From Planctomycetota bacterium (GTDB lineage Bacteria > Planctomycetota > UBA1135 > UBA2386), in the NCBI GenBank assembly GCA_965223545.1, contig OZ245006.1:3680001-3744000 (forward strand): 64,000 nt of DNA, written 5' to 3'. Each line of letters opens with the position of its first letter. The stretch's first letter is position 1. Shown here in pieces: positions 19,651-30,986 of the stretch. The position numbers and the translations under genes were made by a program. Under the pieces are notes generated by a model, which had not been told where the DNA came from, made no database searches, and saw only the letters and a list, made by a program, of their open reading frames with translations.

Positions 19651-21132
19651 ATGCGCGCCGATCTCCCCACCCTCCGCCGCGGCGATGCCGAGCCACTGGT
19701 CGACCAGCTCGTCGACCAGCTGCGGCGGCAGATCCAAAGCGGCCGCCGTCGACCGGGCGAACGGCTGCCGACGATCCGCGCGGCGGCGTCCGGGATGGGG
19801 GTCACGCGGGCGACTGTGCAGGAGGCCTACCGGCGGCTCGCGGAGGCGGGCCTCGTTCTCGCGACGGTGGGCCGCGGCACAGTCGTGCGCGATGGCGTGC
19901 CCGCGTCGGGGGACGCAGTCTTCAGCCCCGGCGCGCAAGCGGCCTTCGAGCAAGAGCGCTGCGCACCACCGGCGCCGGCACCACCGCCTGGCGTGCAGGT
20001 CGAGGTCAGCTTTGCCGAGCTGCTGCCCGACATCGAGCTGCTGCCGGTCGACGAATTCCGCGGGTGCATCGAACGCGAGCTGCGCCAGCACGGCGCCGAC
20101 CTATTGGTTTACGGCCACCCGCTCGGTGATCCCGCGCTGCGCGCGCTGTTGGCGCAGCGATCGCACGACGACGAAGACGGCACGGCCGATCCCGACGAGA
20201 TCCTCATCACCAGTGGCGCACAGCAGGGCATCGACCTGGTGCTGCGCACGTTCACGTCGCCCGGCGACGCGGTGGCGGTGCCGGTGCCGACCTATTCGCT
20301 GCTGTTCGGCCTCCTGCGCGCGCACGGACTGACCCTGGTGCCGCTGCAGTACGGCGCGGACGGACTCGATCCGGACGAGCTGCGGCGCGTGTTGGCGCAG
20401 CCCGGAATGCGTCTGCTCTACGTGATGCCGTCGTTCCAAAACCCCACTGGACGCTCGATGGATCTCGACCAGCGGCAGGCGCTGATGGACGTCGCGCACG
20501 ACAGCCGGGTGCCGGTGCTCGAGGACGAGTTCCAGCACGAGCTGCGCTTCCGCGGCGCGGCACCGCCCTCGCTGCGCGCACTCGACGACCGCCAGCTGAC
20601 CGTCACCGTGCGCACGTTCAGCAAGGGACTGTTTCCGGGGGTCCGCACCGGCTGGGTGCGCGCCTCGCGCGAAGTGCTGGCGCGGATGGCCGCGCTGAAG
20701 CGCGCCACCGATCTCGACACCAGCCCGCTGCTGCAGGCGGCGATGGTCGAGTTCACGCGGTGCGGCGCGCTCGACCGACACCTCACCGCAGTGCGCAAGG
20801 AGCTCGAAGCGCGGCACGCCACCGCGCAGCGCGCCCTGCGCGACCACATGCCACCGCAGACCCGCAGCAGCGCGCCGGACGGCGGCTTCGCGCTGTGGGT
20901 CGAGGTTCTCGGAGTCGACGGCACGCGGCTCGCCGAGCTCGCGGCCGCGCGCGGTGTCTTGGTCGCGCCGGGACGCACCTTTTTCCCAGACGGCGCCGCT
21001 TCGTCCGGCATTCGACTGTCTTTGTCGCGCAGCCCGACCACTGACGTCGAGCACGGCATCCGCGTGCTCGGCGAATGCGCGCACGAGCTGCAGCGCGACA
21101 CCCGCCATCCCCAACACCGCATCTTCCTCTGA
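19651..21132 (+). CDS. pdxR: GntR/MocR-family PLP-dependent regulator (PdxR-like)
   Basis: w[12 protein letters not shown]...[36 protein letters not shown]; directly upstream of pdxST; start could be 19636. Confidence 0.85.
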   Translation: MRADLPTLRRGDAEPLVDQLVDQLRRQIQSGRRRPGERLPTIRAAASGMGVTRATVQEAYRRLAEAGLVLATVGRGTVVRDGVPASGDAVFSPGAQAAFEQERCAPPAPAPPPGVQVEVSFAELLPDIELLPVDEFRGCIERELRQHGADLLVYGHPLGDPALRALLAQRSHDDEDGTADPDEILITSGAQQGIDLVLRTFTSPGDAVAVPVPTYSLLFGLLRAHGLTLVPLQYGADGLDPDELRRVLAQPGMRLLYVMPSFQNPTGRSMDLDQRQALMDVAHDSRVPVLEDEFQHELRFRGAAPPSLRALDDRQLTVTVRTFSKGLFPGVRTGWVRASREVLARMAALKRATDLDTSPLLQAAMVEFTRCGALDRHLTAVRKELEARHATAQRALRDHMPPQTRSSAPDGGFALWVEVLGVDGTRLAELAAARGVLVAPGRTFFPDGAASSGIRLSLSRSPTTDVEHGIRVLGECAHELQRDTRHPQHRIFL

Positions 21133-21181
21133 GCCGCACTCCCTCCGAGCCGCATCTTCTTCCGAGTCAAAGAGAACACAC

Positions 21182-22099
21182 ATGACAACGCATGACGTGA
21201 CCCCCGAGATCCCGGGCTTCACCGCGGACGAGGTCCGCACCAAGATCGGCTTCTGCGAGCAGCTCAAGGGCGGCGTGATCATGGACGTCGTCACGCCCGA
21301 CCAAGCGCGCATCGCCGAAGAGGCCGGCGCCGCCGCGGTGATGGCACTCGAGCGCGTTCCCGCCGACATCCGCCGCGACGGCGGCGTCGCCCGCGCCTCC
21401 GATCCGGAGATGATCAAGGGCATCCAGGCGGCGGTCTCGATTCCGGTGATGGCCAAGGTGCGCATCGGCCACTTCGTCGAGGCGCAGGTGCTCGAAGCGC
21501 TCGAGGTCGACTGCATCGACGAGAGCGAAGTGCTCACGCCTGCGGACGAGGAGTTCCACGTCGACAAGCGCGGCTTCAAGACACCGTTCGTCTGCGGCTG
21601 CCGCAACTTGGGCGAGGCGCTGCGCCGCATCCACGAGGGCGCCGCCATGATCCGCACCAAGGGCGAGGCGGGCACTGGTGACGTGGTCGAGGCGGTGCGC
21701 CACCTGCGCGCCGTCAGCAGTGCGATGACCGCGCTGCGCGGCCTCGACGAGCGCGGCCTCGAGCAGAAGGCCAACGAGTACCGCGTGCCGGTCGAGCTGG
21801 TCGCCTGGGTCGCCGAGTGCCAGCGCCTGCCGGTGCCCAACTTCTCTGCGGGCGGCGTCGCGACGCCGGCCGACGCCGGCCTGATGATGCAGCTCGGTGC
21901 GCAGGCCGTTTTCGTCGGCAGCGGCATCTTCAAGTCCGACGACCCGGCCAAGCGCGCGCGCGCCATCGTGCGCGCGGTCACGCACTACCAGGACGGCGCC
22001 GTGCTGGCCGAGGTGTCGACCGGTCTGGGCGCGCCGATGCGCGGCCGCCAGGCCTCCGAGCTCGGCGAGGACGAGCAGCTCGCGCGGCGCGGTTGGTGA
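21182..22099 (+). CDS. pdxS: Pyridoxal 5'-phosphate synthase lyase subunit
   Basis: [40 protein letters not shown]. Confidence 0.97.
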   Translation: MTTHDVTPEIPGFTADEVRTKIGFCEQLKGGVIMDVVTPDQARIAEEAGAAAVMALERVPADIRRDGGVARASDPEMIKGIQAAVSIPVMAKVRIGHFVEAQVLEALEVDCIDESEVLTPADEEFHVDKRGFKTPFVCGCRNLGEALRRIHEGAAMIRTKGEAGTGDVVEAVRHLRAVSSAMTALRGLDERGLEQKANEYRVPVELVAWVAECQRLPVPNFSAGGVATPADAGLMMQLGAQAVFVGSGIFKSDDPAKRARAIVRAVTHYQDGAVLAEVSTGLGAPMRGRQASELGEDEQLARRGW

Positions 22100-22737
22100 T
22101 CGCGAGAAGCACGGTCGTGAGCACCAGCGAGAGCAGCGCACCGGACGCGACGCCGACGGTCGGTGTCCTCGCTCTGCAGGGCGACTTCGCCGACCACATC
22201 GCCGCCCTGCGCCGGTGCGGGCTGGCCGCCCGCCCGGTGCGCCGCGCGGCCGAGCTCACCGCCCTCGACGCCATCGTCCTGCCCGGCGGCGAGAGCACGA
22301 CGATGCTGCGGCTGCTCGACGTCGAGGAGCTGTTCGCGCCACTCGCGACGTGCTTGCGCTCCGGCATCCCGGTGCTCGGCACCTGCGCCGGCCTGATCCT
22401 GCTCGCCGCGGCCGTCGAAAGCCCGGCCCAGCGCAGCTTCGGCCTGCTCGACATCGACGTGCAGCGCAACGGCTACGGCCGCCAGCTGCACTCGGGCACG
22501 TTCGCGCTCGAAGGCGACGCGCTGCCGGCGGAAACGACCGGGGTCTTCATCCGCGCGCCGCGGATCCTCCGCGTCGGCGCCGGCGTCGAGGTGCTGGCGC
22601 GGCGTGGCGATGACCCGGTGCTGGTGCGGCAGGGTGCGATCGTCGGCGCGTGCTTTCACCCCGAGCTGGAAGTGGACCACCCGGTGACCGCGATGTTTGC
22701 CGCGGCCGTGCGTTCCGCGACTCAACGCCGGCCGTAA
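22096..22737 (+). CDS. pdxT: PLP synthase glutaminase subunit
   Basis: [40 protein letters not shown] overlap with pdxS. Confidence 0.95.
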   Translation: MIARSTVVSTSESSAPDATPTVGVLALQGDFADHIAALRRCGLAARPVRRAAELTALDAIVLPGGESTTMLRLLDVEELFAPLATCLRSGIPVLGTCAGLILLAAAVESPAQRSFGLLDIDVQRNGYGRQLHSGTFALEGDALPAETTGVFIRAPRILRVGAGVEVLARRGDDPVLVRQGAIVGACFHPELEVDHPVTAMFAAAVRSATQRRP

Positions 22738-22785
22738 CGCGTCGCCCACGCAGGATGCTCGGCGAGTCAATCGCGCACGGCCGAA

Positions 22786-23140
22786 TCAACCGGGCAGGCG
22801 CGCGCGCAACTCGGCATCGAGGTCCTTGCCACGATGGAAACCCCTCGACGTGATGAGCTCGATAGCAGTCCGCACGTCGGCAATCTCCGTCGCGGTCGCA
22901 GACTCGCTCGATCCCCGACGACGCGAACAAAACGTCGCATTCTGGCTGGGTCGAATGCGAGCCGGGCAGGGCCAACCGGACCGTGCCCAAGCGACCAGTC
23001 GGTTCGTGCTCCAGCAGCCGGAGGACACGGTAGCCATGCCGGTGCAGGTCTCGCACCAGCACTTCCGCCTGCTCGTCTCGTAGAGCCCTTCCCACTTCAC
23101 ATGCCGTCGACGGGGTTCGCTGCTCACGCTGAAGAAGAGC
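22786..23140 (-). pseudogene. Decayed nucleotidyltransferase (AbiEii-like toxin) remnant
   Basis: DEQAEVLVRDL..HGYRV..LLEHE.TGRLGTVRL...DVLFASSGIE in one frame and RTAIELITSRGFHRGKDL in another; middle appears deleted. Confidence 0.5.
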
Positions 23141-23262
23141 ATATCGGAGACTCCGTGATGGTGTCCGAGGCAAACAGCCCAGCTCGTCGCTCGGGCTCGC
23201 TGCGGATCAAGCCGGCCGCGTCAGCTGTCCCACGCTCGGAGCATTGGCGGTAAGGTGCGCGC

Positions 23263-25635
23263 ATGGTGAGTTCGAATGTCCGCGGCCGACGGCGCGCCGT
23301 CGCCGCCCTGCTGCCCCTGGCCACTGCACTGTCGATGGCGCGCGCACAGGACGCTCCGCCGACGATCATCGAAGGCCTCGTCGTCGACGAAGAGGGCGCA
23401 CCGATCGCGGACGCGGGCGTCGGCATGTTCACGGGGCGGCAGCTGATCGAGACCGCGCGGCTGCTGGCGGATCCCACCTGCCGCACGGACGAAGCCGGGC
23501 AGTTCCGGATCGCTCACCGGACGGGGTTCGACCTGCTCGCCATCACCGCGCCCAAGCGCCAGACCTTCGTCAAGAACATGCGGGGCCTCGAGCCCGGCAC
23601 CAACGCCATCGGCGCGATCGTGCTGCCGCCCGGGGGGCTGCTCGCCGGCCGCATCCGCGGCCGCGACGGCGAGCCGCTGGCCGGCGCGCGGGTGCGCGTC
23701 ACGAGCCCCTTGGTGAGCTACTTCGTCCTGACCAAGGACGGCGGCTTTCTGGCCGACGCAGTGACCGAAGCGAATGGCAACTTCGTCGTGCGGAGCGTGC
23801 CGCGCACCGGTCTCTCGGTCACGGTGACCGCGCCCGGCTACCGGTCGCGCTCGTTCTTTGCCGCTCACTACACGCCACTCGATCTCACGCTGGAGTCGCT
23901 CGGGTTCGCGCGGGGGCGGGTCGTCGACACCGACGGTGCACCAGTGGAAGGCGCGGTCTTGTTCGCTCGAAGCGCGGAGCCACAGCGCCTTCTGCCTGCT
24001 GACCTGTTGCGCAGCGGCGAGGATGGTCGGTTCGAGATCTCGGTGCCGTGCCCGGGCGACTACGTCGTTTCCGCGCGCGCGGAAACACCGGTACTGCAGG
24101 TGGCAAGCTCAGGGGGGCGCGGTCCGGTCAACGACCTCGTGCTCCAGCTCGCGCCCGCGGAAGCCCACGCGCCGCGCGCGATCCCCCTGCGGCTCGTCGA
24201 CGCAGCGACGGGCGCCGAGATCCCTCGGTTTCGCGCGACCGCGCTACGATCGCAGCAGATCCCCCAGCTCGCGATGCTGACCCACCTCGCTCGAGCCAGG
24301 GAATACGAGAGCGGCGACGCGGTGCCGGTCCACAGTGCGCGGTCGGTGTTCATCGAGGCCGCGGGCCACGCGTGGACGGTTGCGCCCGTCCCCGATGACG
24401 ACGAAGAGGAGTGGACCGTCGCGCTGGACGCCGAAGCGATCGTGACCGGGCGGGTCGTGCGGACCGACACCGGGGCGCCGATCCCCGGTGCGGCGGTGCG
24501 CGCGCTCCCCGCCGGCAAGTCTATGGGCACCGGTCAAGACCCGCGCCACTCCGGCGTCATCACCGACGCCGACGGGCGTTACCGAGTGGCGGGACTGAAA
24601 CCCGGTGCTTACCACGTGCAAGTTCTCCCCCCGGGCGAGGCCGTGTCTCCGCCGCACTCCGTCGAAGTCACGGTCGACCAGGCCGCCGTTTGCGACATCG
24701 AGGTCGGCGCGCCGCGCTTCTTGGAGTTTTCGTTCCGCGGTGAGCTAGCGGCGAGCGTGCCGTGCTCGGTGCGCTGGAAGTATGGCAGCAGCAACAGCAA
24801 GCCCGGCCACTTCGACTACGCACCAAAGCCGTGGACCTCGCAGCGGCTCCGCACGGGGCAGGACTACCGCCTGGGACCACTGAGTTCCGCCCAGTACTTG
24901 CTCGAGATCTGGAAGCCGAGCCGCGTCCGCATCGGAATGGGGACGGCGATCAGCCTGCCGTTGGTGGATCCAGACGATGGGCCCGTGGTGTTCGACGTGC
25001 CCGACCTGGGCGGCGAGATCGTGCGCGGCCGCGTCGACTTGCCCGCGGACGCGCCCGGCGAGCGCATCGCGGTCGCCGCATGGCCGATCATCGAAGGCAA
25101 AGTGCAACGCGGCTACCCGGCACCAGCACAGAGCGCCATGCTTGGCGTTGATGGCACGTTCGAGATCGACCTGCCGCACGGGCGCTACTCCCTGCACCTC
25201 GCCGACCTGGAGACGCACATTCTGTTCCACACCGAGCCGACCGATGTCGTCATCGAGAGCGGCATGGAGCCGCTGCGCATCCAGCCGTCGATCCAGTGGC
25301 TCGAGATCGACGTGCAGCCAGAGCGCGCGCTCGAGGACTACCGGATCGCCGGGATCGAGATCGAGGTAGCCCTACCGCGCGCCGATCGTCCCGCGCTGCT
25401 CGAGGCGACCGGGTTCAGCCCACGGACAGAGAGTCGGTGGATCGAGTTCCACGCCGACAGCGCCCGGCGGTGGTTGGTGCCCCGCGCGGAGGTGGAGCTC
25501 ACCGCTCGCCTGCGCAGTCGGCGGCTGGGTGAGGGCGGGACCGAGCCGATCGAGCTCGCGCCAGTCACGGTCCTGATCGACGAAGCACGGCACCAGGTGA
25601 CACTGCAGGTGCCGGGAGACGGGAGCGAACGATAG
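23263..25635 (+). CDS. Secreted carboxypeptidase-regulatory-like repeat protein
   Basis: Signal peptide ending ARAQ; repeated G.V.D..G.P..GA / TD..G.F motifs. Confidence 0.8.
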   Translation: MVSSNVRGRRRAVAALLPLATALSMARAQDAPPTIIEGLVVDEEGAPIADAGVGMFTGRQLIETARLLADPTCRTDEAGQFRIAHRTGFDLLAITAPKRQTFVKNMRGLEPGTNAIGAIVLPPGGLLAGRIRGRDGEPLAGARVRVTSPLVSYFVLTKDGGFLADAVTEANGNFVVRSVPRTGLSVTVTAPGYRSRSFFAAHYTPLDLTLESLGFARGRVVDTDGAPVEGAVLFARSAEPQRLLPADLLRSGEDGRFEISVPCPGDYVVSARAETPVLQVASSGGRGPVNDLVLQLAPAEAHAPRAIPLRLVDAATGAEIPRFRATALRSQQIPQLAMLTHLARAREYESGDAVPVHSARSVFIEAAGHAWTVAPVPDDDEEEWTVALDAEAIVTGRVVRTDTGAPIPGAAVRALPAGKSMGTGQDPRHSGVITDADGRYRVAGLKPGAYHVQVLPPGEAVSPPHSVEVTVDQAAVCDIEVGAPRFLEFSFRGELAASVPCSVRWKYGSSNSKPGHFDYAPKPWTSQRLRTGQDYRLGPLSSAQYLLEIWKPSRVRIGMGTAISLPLVDPDDGPVVFDVPDLGGEIVRGRVDLPADAPGERIAVAAWPIIEGKVQRGYPAPAQSAMLGVDGTFEIDLPHGRYSLHLADLETHILFHTEPTDVVIESGMEPLRIQPSIQWLEIDVQPERALEDYRIAGIEIEVALPRADRPALLEATGFSPRTESRWIEFHADSARRWLVPRAEVELTARLRSRRLGEGGTEPIELAPVTVLIDEARHQVTLQVPGDGSER

Positions 25636-25654
25636 CCGGCGAGTGGGTGATCCG

Positions 25655-26158
25655 ATGACCATCTCAGCCACTGAACGATTGGCCGAGCGGTTCTTCGCCG
25701 GCGAGCTGCCGCTCTCGCAATGGTCTCACAAGGCACACCTGCGCGTCGCGGTCTGGTGTCTGTGCCGCGAGGGACCCGAACGGGCGATGCACCAGCTGCG
25801 CACCGGAATCCGGCGTCACAACGAGGCGACGGGTGTGCACAACGGCCCGGACACCGGCTACCACGAGACCCTGACGCGTTTCTGGGTGCTCGTGCTGTGG
25901 GAGTTCTTGCTGCGCTGCGGCCCGGTCACCGATCTCGACGAAGTTGCGGCGCGCGTCGAAGCGGAGTTCGCTGATCCCAAGTTGCCGTTGCGCTTCTACA
26001 GCAGCGCACGGCTGTGGTCGCGGACAGCCCGGCAGCAGTGGGTCGCGCCGGATGTGGCCCCGCTGCCGCACTTCGACCCCGACCAGCCACTCGCAACGGT
26101 CGATTGCGGCGCGGACGCGCTATGGTGCCGGCGTGGAACTGACGATTCGACGGCCTGA
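25655..26158 (+). CDS. Conserved hypothetical helical protein
   Basis: [10 protein letters not shown]...[10 protein letters not shown]...FYSSARL.S..AR..WVAPD motif set; 3' end overlaps pyrC. Confidence 0.7.
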   Translation: MTISATERLAERFFAGELPLSQWSHKAHLRVAVWCLCREGPERAMHQLRTGIRRHNEATGVHNGPDTGYHETLTRFWVLVLWEFLLRCGPVTDLDEVAARVEAEFADPKLPLRFYSSARLWSRTARQQWVAPDVAPLPHFDPDQPLATVDCGADALWCRRGTDDSTA

Positions 26159-27164
26159 CGACTGGCACATCCACCTGCGCGACGGTGCCGCGCTCGCGCA
26201 CACGGTGCGCGACTGCGCGCGCAACTTCCGCCGCGCCATCGTGATGCCCAACCTGCAGCCGCCGGTCGTGACGACTGCGGATGCCGCGGCCTATCGCGCG
26301 CGCATTCTTGCCGCGCGCCCGCCCGGCGCGGACTTCGAGCCGCTGATGACGCTCTACCTGACCGACAACACCGGGGTGGACGAGATCGCGCGCGCCGCCG
26401 CCAGCGGCTTCGTCCCCGCCGTCAAGCTCTACCCAGCCGGCGCGACGACCAACAGCGACTCCGGCGTCACCGATCTGGACCGGGTGTGGGGCGCACTCGA
26501 GGCGATGGCCGAGCACGGCCTCGTGCTCTGCGTGCACGGCGAGGTCACGGATGCCAGCATCGACATCTTCGATCGCGAGCGCGCGTTCATCGACCAGCAG
26601 CTCGGCTGCATCGTCGAGCGGCTGCCCGATCTGCGCGTCGTGTTCGAGCACATCACGACGCGGGACGCCGTGCAGTTCGTGACCACCGCGCCGGCACGCG
26701 TGGGCGCGACCATCACCGCCCATCATCTGCTCCTCGAGCGCAACGACATGCTCGTCGGCGGCATTCGCCCGCACTACTTCTGCCTGCCGGTGCTGAAGCG
26801 CCGCGAGCACCGCGACGCGCTGCTGTCGGCAGCGACCGGTGACGACCCCCGGTTCTTCCTCGGCACCGACAGCGCACCGCACGCCCGCCACACCAAAGAA
26901 GCGCCCTGCGGATGCGCCGGCATCTACACCGCGCGCGACGCGCTCGGCCTCTACGCCGAGGCGTTCGAGGCCGCCGGCCGGCTCGACCGGCTCGAGGCGT
27001 TCGCCAGCGAACGGGGCCCCGACTTCTACGGTCTGCCGCGCAACGAGGGAACGGTCGTGCTCCGTCGCGCGCCGGTCGAGGTTCCGGCCGAGCTCGCCTT
27101 TGGCGACGAGACCGTCGTGCCGCTGCGTGCTGGGGCTTCGGTTCGCTGGTCGCTGCCCGAGTGA
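26133..27164 (+). CDS. pyrC: Dihydroorotase (homodimeric, E. coli type)
   Basis: [43 protein letters not shown]. Confidence 0.97.
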   Translation: MELTIRRPDDWHIHLRDGAALAHTVRDCARNFRRAIVMPNLQPPVVTTADAAAYRARILAARPPGADFEPLMTLYLTDNTGVDEIARAAASGFVPAVKLYPAGATTNSDSGVTDLDRVWGALEAMAEHGLVLCVHGEVTDASIDIFDRERAFIDQQLGCIVERLPDLRVVFEHITTRDAVQFVTTAPARVGATITAHHLLLERNDMLVGGIRPHYFCLPVLKRREHRDALLSAATGDDPRFFLGTDSAPHARHTKEAPCGCAGIYTARDALGLYAEAFEAAGRLDRLEAFASERGPDFYGLPRNEGTVVLRRAPVEVPAELAFGDETVVPLRAGASVRWSLPE

Positions 27165-27252
27165 GGGTCGGCCGCGGCGTTCCACGCCGACGGGCTTGCA
27201 CGCCGGCGAAGCCGCGCGAAGATGCGCGGCGTCCTATCCCCCCCGCCGTCCC

Positions 27253-28257
27253 ATGTCCAAGCTCCGCCTCGTCTCCTTCGGTCTCGGTCCGATCGGCCTC
27301 GCCGTCGCCGACCTCGCCCTGCGAAAGAAGAACTTCGAACTCGTCGGCGCCATCGACACCGATCCGGAGAAGGTCGGCAAGTCACTGGCGAGCTTGATCG
27401 AAGACGCAGCGCCGGCGGCCGGTGCAGTGACGGTCGAGGCCGACGCCGAGGCCGCGTATGCGCGATTGCGACCCGATGCGATCTTTCATTGCACGTCGTC
27501 GTTCTTGCCCGTGATCTCGGATCAGCTTTGCACGGCGGCGCGGGCGGGCGTCAACGTGGTCTCGTCCGCGGAGGAGCTGTTGGTGCCCGACTTGCAACAC
27601 CCCGAGCTGGCCGCGACGGTGGACGCCGCGGCGCGCGAGGGCGGTGCTACCGTGGTCGGCACCGGCGTCAACCCGGGCTACGTGCTCGACTATCTCGCGA
27701 TCGTCGGCTCGGCGGTCTGTCATGACGTGCAGCGCGTGCGCGGCGTGCGCGTCGTCGACGCGGGCACGCGGCGGCTGCCGCTGCAGCGCAAGGTCGGCGC
27801 GTCGCTGACGGCGGAGCAGTTTGCCGAACAGGAACGCACCGGCCGTTTCGGCCACATCGGCATGCGCGAGTCGGTCGCGCTGGTGGCGCGTGCTCTGGGC
27901 ATCGGGGTGGACGCGATCGAGCAGACGCTGGCGCCGTTGATCGCCGAGCGCCGCCACCAAACACCGTTCTTGACCGTCGAGGCGGGCCAGGTCGCCGGCA
28001 TCCACAACGTCGGTCTCGGCAAGCGCGGCGGAGAGACGGTGATCGAGCTCGATCTCAAGATGTACGTCGGCGCCGAGGACCCGCGCGACGAGGTGTTCTT
28101 GGACGGCTCTCCCGATCTGCACCTGCGCTTCGAGGGCGGGATCCCGGGCGATCAGGCGACCGCGGCGATGCTGGTCAACACGGTCCGCCAGGTGGTCGAG
28201 GCACCCGCGGGGCTGCGCACCATCGCGGATCTGCCGCCGCCGCGCATCGCGCGGTGA
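27253..28257 (+). CDS. DapB-like / 2,4-diaminopentanoate dehydrogenase-family NAD(P) oxidoreductase
   Basis: FGLGPIG Rossmann motif, NVVSSAEEL, GTGVNPG, RRLPLQRKVGA, GIPGD.ATAA..VN. Confidence 0.85.
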   Translation: MSKLRLVSFGLGPIGLAVADLALRKKNFELVGAIDTDPEKVGKSLASLIEDAAPAAGAVTVEADAEAAYARLRPDAIFHCTSSFLPVISDQLCTAARAGVNVVSSAEELLVPDLQHPELAATVDAAAREGGATVVGTGVNPGYVLDYLAIVGSAVCHDVQRVRGVRVVDAGTRRLPLQRKVGASLTAEQFAEQERTGRFGHIGMRESVALVARALGIGVDAIEQTLAPLIAERRHQTPFLTVEAGQVAGIHNVGLGKRGGETVIELDLKMYVGAEDPRDEVFLDGSPDLHLRFEGGIPGDQATAAMLVNTVRQVVEAPAGLRTIADLPPPRIAR

Positions 28258-28340
28258 CCGGCGCGCCGCGCCTTGGATCGGGCCGTCGGGCGCGCTAGAG
28301 TCCCGCCGAATCCAAATCCGCAACTCTCGAGGAAAGACAA

Positions 28341-28940
28341 ATGGCTGTTCTGGTCGGCAAGGAAGCTCCCGATTTCAACGCACAGGCCGTCATGCCCGAC
28401 GGCAGCTTCGCCGAGCTGTCGCTGTCCGGTATGCGCGGCAAGTACGTCGTGCTGTTCTTCTATCCGCTCGACTTCACCTTCGTGTGCCCGTCGGAGATCA
28501 TCGCTTTCGACAACAAGATCAGCGAGTTCAAGGAGCGCAACTGCGAGGTCGTCGGCGTGTCGGTCGACTCGCACTTCACGCACCACGCGTGGCGCAACAC
28601 CGCCGTGGAGAACGGCGGCATCGGCGCGATCCAGTATCCGCTGGTGGCGGATCTCACCAAGAGCATCGCGCGCGACTACGACGTGCTGACCGGTGACGGC
28701 GCGGTGTCGTATCGCGGCCTGTTCTTGATCGACAAGGAGGGCAACGTGCGCCACCAGATCGTCAATGACCTGCCGCTCGGCCGCAACGTCGACGAGGCGC
28801 TGCGCATGGTGGACGCGCTGCAGTTCCACGAGCAGCACGGCGAGGTGTGCCCCGCCAACTGGGCCAAGGGCAAGTCGGGCATGAAGCCGACCGCCGATGG
28901 CGTCGCCAGCTACCTGGCGGAGAACGCCAAGCAGCTCTGA
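28341..28940 (+). CDS. ahpC: Typical 2-Cys peroxiredoxin (AhpC/TSA)
   Basis: [11 protein letters not shown] and GEVCPANW. Confidence 0.95.
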   Translation: MAVLVGKEAPDFNAQAVMPDGSFAELSLSGMRGKYVVLFFYPLDFTFVCPSEIIAFDNKISEFKERNCEVVGVSVDSHFTHHAWRNTAVENGGIGAIQYPLVADLTKSIARDYDVLTGDGAVSYRGLFLIDKEGNVRHQIVNDLPLGRNVDEALRMVDALQFHEQHGEVCPANWAKGKSGMKPTADGVASYLAENAKQL

Positions 28941-29668
28941 CGACCGCCGCGCCGCCGCACGGCGGTGCGCGCGATCATCCGCAGATGGCCGAGGCCGACG
29001 CGGACGACGCGCATCTTGCTCTGGCCGACGCGGCGGCGCGATAGCACTGCCGGCACCTCGCGGACAACGCAGCCGGCGTGCAGCGCGCGCAGCAGCGTGT
29101 CGGTGACGCCGAGGAACCCGTGCTCGGGAGAAGCGCATTGCCGTGCGACGTCGCACCGGTAGACCCGCACCATGCAAGTGAAGGTGTGCAGATCGGCGCG
29201 GGTCACGACGCGGTAGATGCGCGACGCGGCACTCGACAGGGCGAGCCGCCAGCGCGGCACGCCCTCGACGGCACCGTTGGGGTGGTAGCACGAGGCCAAC
29301 GCCACGTCGGCGCCGGCGTCGACCTCCTCGGCGAGCGCGCCGAGGACCGCGGGGTCGTAGGTCAGGTCGCTGTCGAGCCACGCGATCGACTCTCCGCGCG
29401 CGGCGGACAAGCCGGTCGCCAGCGCGGCGGTCAGGCCTCGGTTGTGGTCGTGGCGGAGAAGCTGCACCGGCAGGTCGGCACAATGTCGCTGTAGCAGCGG
29501 CCAGGTGTCGTCCTGCGAACCATCGTCGACCAACACCAGGTCGACGGCCCGCGGTTCCACCTCGTCGGCGAGCCAGCGGCGCAGCCGCGCGGCGAGGGCC
29601 GGCACCCCGGGGGCTTCGTCGTGCAGCGGCACGATGACGGTCAGCGAGCGGCGGCGAGCGGGCGACAA
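28910..29668 (-). CDS. Glycosyltransferase family 2 (DPM1-like)
   Basis: [29 protein letters not shown]. Confidence 0.88.
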   Translation of the reverse strand: MSPARRRSLTVIVPLHDEAPGVPALAARLRRWLADEVEPRAVDLVLVDDGSQDDTWPLLQRHCADLPVQLLRHDHNRGLTAALATGLSAARGESIAWLDSDLTYDPAVLGALAEEVDAGADVALASCYHPNGAVEGVPRWRLALSSAASRIYRVVTRADLHTFTCMVRVYRCDVARQCASPEHGFLGVTDTLLRALHAGCVVREVPAVLSRRRVGQSKMRVVRVGLGHLRMIARTAVRRRGGRQSCLAFSAR

Positions 29669-29732
29669 GGGCCGCTCATGCTATTCTCTGCGCCGTCTAG
29701 CGGCGACGATTGGTTATGCTAGACCGCAAGTT

Positions 29733-30917
29733 ATGCGACGACCCTCGCATTGGATCCTGCTGTTCACGGCGATCGCCGGGGCCGGCTATGCGCTGACGGG
29801 CCACGCGGCCGCGCCGTCTTCCCCGGCGCCCGCCGGGGACGCGGCGCCGGCGCCCGGGCCCGTGGTGATACGGCGCACCGACGCGCCGGCGCCGGCCGAC
29901 CGGCTTGCGCCGGTGACCGGCTGGCTGCTGGACGCCGCCGGCTGGCCGGTGCGCGACGCGGTGGTCGCGACCACGGACGTGTCGGCCAGCGCACACAGCG
30001 ACGGCGCGGGGGCGTTCGAGCTGTGGGTGCCAGCTCAGCGACGCGCGCTGGTGACGATCCAAACCCCGGGCTTCGAAACGGTCCAGTCCTGGATGCACCC
30101 GGGCGCGCCCCTCGTGGTCACGCTCCGGCCGGCGCTGCCGTGGCACGTGGACCCACCACCGGCATCTCCGTCTCTGGACGGACTGCAGGGTGAGGGCTTC
30201 TTGAAGCGGCCCGATGGACAGCCCGCGGCGCACGCGGTGGTCACCGTCAGCGAGACGGGTGCGCGCGTCGTCGCCGACGAGAGCGGGCGCTACCGCGCGC
30301 CGTTGACCGATGGACCCGTGACGCTGATCGCGCACGACGACGAGGGCTTGGTCGCGCGCAGCGAGCCGGTCTACAGCGCGCGCCAGCGCGGGCTGGTGCC
30401 GGTTCCGGACCTCACGCTCTTTCCCGGCCGCAGCGTGCGCGGTTACGTGCGCGACGCCGACGGCCGGCCGTGCCGCGGCGCCGCGCTCGCCTTGCGCGGC
30501 GAGGGCGACTGGCGCTGGGTGCGCACCGCGGACGACGGCGGCTTCGCCTTCACCGGCCTCCTGGACGGCGACTACACGGTGGAAGCCGCGCCGCATCACG
30601 GTCTGCTCGGCACCGAGCGCCGGCTCACGCCCGGCGACTTCGTCGATCTCGAACTGCAGCTGCAGGAGAGCAAGCCGCTGCGGGTCGCGGTCGTCCACTC
30701 CAAGCGGAAGCAGCCGGTGGCGGGCGTTCACGTCGTCGCCGCCGAACACCCGCGGCGGCGGGCGCACGCGCTCACCGACGATCAGGGGCAGGCGACGCTC
30801 GACGGACTCGGCGATGGTCCGTTCGAGTTCGAGGTGCGCTCCGCGACAACCTACGATCAGTGGCAGGTCGTCGACTACGACGAGCAGCTCCAGCAGATCG
30901 CGGTCCGCGCGCCGTAG
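29733..30917 (+). CDS. Membrane-anchored carboxypeptidase-regulatory-like repeat protein
   Basis: N-terminal hydrophobic segment; GYVRDADGRP, TADDGGF, TDDQG repeats; TATGCT at 29715-29720. Confidence 0.75.
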   Translation: MRRPSHWILLFTAIAGAGYALTGHAAAPSSPAPAGDAAPAPGPVVIRRTDAPAPADRLAPVTGWLLDAAGWPVRDAVVATTDVSASAHSDGAGAFELWVPAQRRALVTIQTPGFETVQSWMHPGAPLVVTLRPALPWHVDPPPASPSLDGLQGEGFLKRPDGQPAAHAVVTVSETGARVVADESGRYRAPLTDGPVTLIAHDDEGLVARSEPVYSARQRGLVPVPDLTLFPGRSVRGYVRDADGRPCRGAALALRGEGDWRWVRTADDGGFAFTGLLDGDYTVEAAPHHGLLGTERRLTPGDFVDLELQLQESKPLRVAVVHSKRKQPVAGVHVVAAEHPRRRAHALTDDQGQATLDGLGDGPFEFEVRSATTYDQWQVVDYDEQLQQIAVRAP

Positions 30918-30951
30918 GTCATCGCGCGGCGCTGTTTCGGCGTGCGGGCGA

Positions 30952-30986
30952 AGTGATGGAACGGAGCCTGGCTCCGTACGATCACT
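30952..30986. repeat. REP-like palindrome, copy 1
   Basis: AGTGAT-GGAAC-GGAGCC-T-GGCTCC-GTACG-ATCACT hairpin between convergent genes. Confidence 0.7.
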
